Positions 59,212-64,000 of a stretch of DNA of 64,000 nucleotides are shown here, piece after piece. Numbering within the stretch: the stretch's first letter is position 1; the number at the start of each line of letters is the position of its first letter. A program made the translations under genes and the position numbers. The stretch comes from Stylophora pistillata. Lineage: Eukaryota. The stretch is taken from contig NW_019217892.1 of assembly GCF_002571385.2 (NCBI RefSeq), positions 384,156 to 448,155 of the forward strand, given 5' to 3'. The notes under the pieces were generated by a model. The model had not been told where the DNA came from. It was given only the letters and a program-made list of their open reading frames with translations, and made no database searches.

Positions 59212-62200
59212 TCAGCCAATTGTTTCATTTCCTTTCTTACTTTCCACCTTTTCAAGTACCACACCTGAGGAGGTTGTGTTTTGAAGTTTCTGTAAAAGAT
59301 TAAGAAGACAGAGAGGGAAAAGGGGGTTTGAAAACTATTACCACTGGACTTTTTAACACTTGAATTCCCAAAACCTTATTGTTGATTCTCCCGTCTTGCT
59401 GCTACACATTTCCTTGTAAATTACTTGCTAGAATTTGTTGTTATGTGGAGAAGACAACTTCTTCCTAATAATAATGTTGCTTAAATGCCATATTTTCACT
59501 TTATGTATATTTTAATGTGTACAAACATTCCAAGAAGGTTAACACACTTCTAAAGAAGAGCCTTCAGCTTTAAAGAGTACTTGGACAGCGGTGATGGGTA
59601 CACACAACATAGAAGCACGAGCTATGATCCAGCCCAGGCCCTCGGCCCATCCGAGGGTATGGTTTTTCCTCGTATGTCAGGGGCTGACACTTGGTGACAC
59701 TGAACAGAAAGATTCCCTGAAATTAAACCGGTGACCCAAATAGGTCTCAGACTTGATGTGCGGGAGGTCGAGGGTTCGAGCCCCGGCCGGACCAACACTC
59801 AAGGTCTTAAAATAATTGAGAAGAATATGCTGCCTTTCTATAACATCAAGAAATGGTTTAGATATTCTAGTCTTCTCGGATAGGGACGAATAAATGGAGG
59901 TCCCGTCTCCTGCAGGGTTAGGGGTAGGAGACGTTAATTTCCCACGCACGAGATTACTGTGTGATGGATGTCCTCCCCTGGGGTGGGATGGGTGGGTGTT
60001 GTCTTGCGATTATATGAGCCTCTGGCTCGGGCAATAGGGGCAACCATGCCCCACGCAAAGACATTAAACTTGATTACAGGAAAAAAACATATGGTAATCT
60101 GCGGTCTTTCCTTACACTTAGGTAGCACGGAAAGGCGTAAAAATCTTGAACAAAAGCTCATCTTTCAAACCGGCAGTCTAAATCCCACAGGGATCAACGA
60201 ACGCTTTTCATTTCACTAATTTATTCTTGTTTTTCTCGCTCCATTCTCTGCCTTTAAAAGCATACACAACCCACAATTCCTCTATTCGCTCCGACGAAGG
60301 GATAACGCTCGAAACGTCTGCTTTTGTAATCGTTACGGTGGCCAACTTACCACTTCAACTTTGTTGATATATCCAAATTATTTCTACCTAATAAGAATGT
60401 TGCTTAAATGTCTTATTTTCACTTTATGTATAATTTAATGCATACAAACACTCCAAGAAGGTTAACACACCTCTAAAGAAGAGCCTTCAGTGTTACAGAG
60501 TACTTCGACAGCGGTGATGGGTACACACAACATAGAAGCACAGGCTATGATCCAGCCCAGGCCCTCAGCCCATCCGAGAGTATGGTTTTTCCTCGTATAT
60601 CAGGGGCTGACACTTGGTGACTAAACAGAAAGATTCCCTGGAATTAAACCGGTGACCCATAGACCCAAACAAGTCCCAGACTAAGAGCAGTCCTGCTTTT
60701 CGACAAAGTTCGTCGCGCGAGTTAAAAAAATCGATGAACTCAAAGTAGCAGGTTTGAAACCAGGCATGTGCTTTTTGTGCTTGTGATCCCATGTTACTTA
60801 TATGAGTTTCTGTGAAATCTTCACCCCAGATCTTCCTATAATTATATCAAACTGACTTTACTACCAAACAGTCCGTAAAGATTCTCGAGTTCACTGATTG
60901 TTATAACTGAAAAAGGGCTGTTCCCTGAGTATTTATCGTGATTTATAAACTTATCACGATATGCAAGCTTCTGCAAATACAATGCATAAAAGAAGTGTGG
61001 TCTTTATTCACTTACGATCAGCATCACAGGCGAGACGAACTTCCAACAGATCACCCACCACTTGGACACAGGATACCCAATAGTTCTCGCGATTTTGTCT
61101 GCGAAGTTTTGCGCACCTGCATGATCATCAATTTGATGGGACTAGCATACGAGCGCAATTTGCCACCAGGATTTATCAGGAGTAGTTATTGACACTAAAT
61201 ATGTAAAGGCAGTTGGCTACCCTGCGAGAGTGAGCCGAACGTTGACAGTAGTAAGCCAGGGCAAAATTTATAAAAAATGACGAATGAAGTGTGTTAAATG
61301 TGGGCGGTATCCGGTCAGTTCGCCACCACCAAACNNNNNNNNNNNNNNNNNNNNNNNNNNNNNNNNNNNNNNNNNNNNNNNNNNNNNNNNNNNNNNNNNN
61401 NNNNNNNNNNNNNNNNNNNNNNNNNNNNNNNNNNNNNNNNNNNNNNNNNNNNNNNNNNNGAAAGAGAGGGGTCTGGCACTAATCATTAGTGCCAGACCCC
61501 TGGTAGATCTTTCCCGATTCGTCTCAAATCTTCTTACGTACCGAAACACGCGAGGCCCGTAGCCCTATAACAAGAGCTAATGGAATAACATCAAGTCAAG
61601 ATGGACTGTTCTTACCATAAATCCAACCGACAACAATCGACTCAAATATCATCAGAAACAGTAATGAGATTCCAGCAGAAAAGGAATCAAGTAGGATGAA
61701 CGCGTATATACCGCCCTGAAAATATATTAAAAGAGATTTCAATTATTTTAAATCTTTCGAACATTTTTTTAATCATGCGAGTTTTGAATTTGAGCTCATC
61801 ATCAACAACTAAACCCTTTGATCTCTAAGAGTAACTAGCGTCTAACTTCTCCAAAGAAGTTCTTGATTACTAACCAAATTCTCCTTGTCGACACCTTGAG
61901 AAATGTATAGTGAACAGTATGGAGAATATGCATACTGATGTTACGGTGTAAAGGGTTAAAGACGAAACCTTGTGGGTGGGTTGCGACTTCCCGAGAATTT
62001 AAACATCACTGCTTATGGTCGAAGTGAAGTCGGACGCAGATCTTCAAGAAACATGGTGTACTGTGTCAAAAGACATTAAAAGGTTTGAACGGGGGCAGGG
62101 GGCGAGGGGGAGGGATAGCATTTGATCCTGTAGTCTGATCGTACGGGTAGGGTAAGTCCCGGGTAGGACTGTTGTCGGTAGTGGTGAATGACGGTTCGGC

Positions 62201-63343
62201 AACTTTAGCAGAAGTCATCATCAGAGTCGAGGGAAGTTATAAGTGTGGTTCCTGTGAACTGATTGGTCAGTTTAGGTCGTTGAAACGTCTGTCACAGCTG
62301 ACAACGGTCCTTCTCAGGAGACCCTCACCTGGGGTTACAAAGTGTTGTAGGGATTTCAGAAAAATTGCAACAAACCAAGTTAATTTACACACGTTAAATT
62401 CTCACCTGTGTTACACAAGGTAAACCCAAAACAAACATGATCAGGCACACGGTCAAAACAACAGCTTCCCTGTATCTGTGTAGCAACTCAGGGTACTGGC
62501 CAATGATGGCGGCCGCTACTATTTCTACTGGTCCAAACTGAAAGTTTCGAAGAGAAAAAGACACTACAGCCAACATAAGGACGTAAAAAACATGATTTAA
62601 AGCTTTTTCTGGTGAAAGAGCGTATTTTTTTTTATTTAAAGGCAACCTAGTTTAATTTACTCCAAGATTCTAGCAAGAGGCCAGTACAGTTAGATTTAAC
62701 TCCAAGCTTTCTACGAGCGATTCAGAAAATCTAAATGTACCAAAACCTTACGAGACAGCTCAGAAATGATGATTATAAGTGTAGCCAGAGTAGCCAGTTT
62801 CCAAACTAACCCAGATCTTAAGCGTGTGAAAACACATATGACTAAATCGCGATCGGTAACTTTACTCGTATCTGATTGGCCGAGCCAGAAAGCCCACGCA
62901 GCTCCTAGAACCAATTACCTGTTTTCTAGCCAAACGCCTAAAGACGCTCATGATTCGATCACAATTGGTAACTCTATCTCGTTTCTAATTGGCTGAGCCG
63001 GTGGGGCCATGCAGCTTGTACAACCACTTGTTTTCTTTGTAGAAATTGCTTAAACTGATCGTTGTCGACTACAAATCTTGCACAATGAAAACACAAGTCA
63101 TTGATTTCTTGAACCCTACGTAAGATTCAATTTTCTACTTAGTTTCCCGTCGCTGATGTTCATTCAGTTAAAACTGGTGTAACTAAATGTTTTTCTGGTG
63201 TGAACAGGACATAAGATAGCTTTAGCTTACTTGACTATCGAGACCAAGGGTTATAAGCATGAGAAAGAAGATCACAGACCAGATCTGTGGTGCGGGGAGC
63301 TCTGCAAAAGTGACTGGGTAGACAATGAACACCAGACCTGGAC
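59212..63343 (-). CDS. SLC6 sodium:neurotransmitter symporter, 3' exons (5' part beyond the window); damaged 3' end
   Basis: Exons 63343-63231 ([16 protein letters not shown]), 62537-62406 (FGPVE..GLPCVTQ), 61715-61616 (GGIYAF..VGWIYG). The TM11-12 exon is present twice, both copies frameshifted; a tentative last exon lies at approx 59290-59212. Confidence 0.8.
59756..60075 (+). mobile_element. SINE family A copy 4 (5'-truncated)
   Basis: Near-identical body to 13600-13840. Confidence 0.85.
60262..60380 (+). mobile_element. Penelope-like terminal repeat with hammerhead relic
   Basis: GCTCCGACGAAGGGATAACGCTCGAAACGTCTGC. Confidence 0.75.
62131..62335. mobile_element. Second Penelope-like family, inverted terminal-repeat fragments with hammerhead relic
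   Basis: Reverse complement of 62186-62228: GACTCTGATGATGACTTCTGCTAAAGTTGCCGAACCGTCATTC; inverted partial copy at approx 62270-62335. Confidence 0.6.
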
Positions 63344-64000
63344 CTTCAAGTTAACGAACGATTACGGCCCATTATTGATGTACATTGCTTTAAACAACCT
63401 GCATCAATGATGGATTTTAACCCAGTTATATGCATGTAACCATGGTTTCTTACAAAAATCTGCAAGGTGGGTTTTATGTAGGTTTCGCCCCTATGTAAGT
63501 TCGCCCTCCTACCGTTCGCCTCATCAAATTTAATAAGATCACTCAAAATTTAGTAGTTCTCACTAAAATCTTAAACTCTCTTCCTCACGTGACGAAACAC
63601 GTTTCTTTTTAACGAAATCATGATGAATTTCATCATCAGTCAAAATCCTTGCTCTCACTAAAACGCTCGATTGAAAAAGCACGATAACTCGTTTTCAAAC
63701 GCCGCTGGCCTCTACGTTGCACGAGTGCGTGCGTTTAAGACGATATTGACTGACAAACAGCGTATGAAAACGTGTTGAAAGATTTGGGTGCGAAATTGTC
63801 GCGTTTGATAGCGCGTATCTGTCGAACTGGGGGCGAATTGTCTGGGTTCGAACTTAAAATTGGGCGATTCGTTCGGACACCCAACGTTTTCTTCAGTGAA
63901 ATGATGGAAAAAGATTTCCAACATCTTTCGATAGCGTGTGGCGCAGGAAAATCTCAGTTTCTCGTGTGGCCACAAACATCGGACCTTCGATTTCGCCGTC

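Noticed and set aside
63560-64000. CpG-rich segment with an 87-aa ORF
   Set aside because: Probably a repeat fragment inside an SLC6 intron; truncated by the window edge and with no diagnostic motif

Overview
Gene-dense eukaryotic (animal) DNA with spliceosomal introns. The repeat complement and gene content suggest a stony coral (inference). It holds about 11 conserved or partly conserved intron-containing genes: NRDE2, a Speedy/RINGO CDK activator, an M14 carboxypeptidase-like membrane protein, an orphan acidic/basic gene, a divergent bZIP, ACTMAP, pinin, ATP5S/DMAC2L, FPGT, TRAPPC6 and the 3' part of an SLC6 transporter. Four pairs of these are head-to-head with 87-214 bp between start codons. 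There are many SINE, MITE, LINE, Penelope and transposase relics. The standout is a pair of intronless paralogs (34239-35891 and 39601-41307, minus strand). Each encodes an unsecreted HtrA/Trypsin_2-type serine protease with an intact H-D-S triad and three copies of an unrecognised ~85-100 aa repeat (YxxxxAxxRVRDCFAG...), which appears inserted inside the protease fold. One copy is nested antisense in an ATP5S intron and has a perfect ISRE/IRF site beside a TATA-like box, suggesting an inducible sensor-protease system. Exon boundaries were read by eye and may be off by a few bases.
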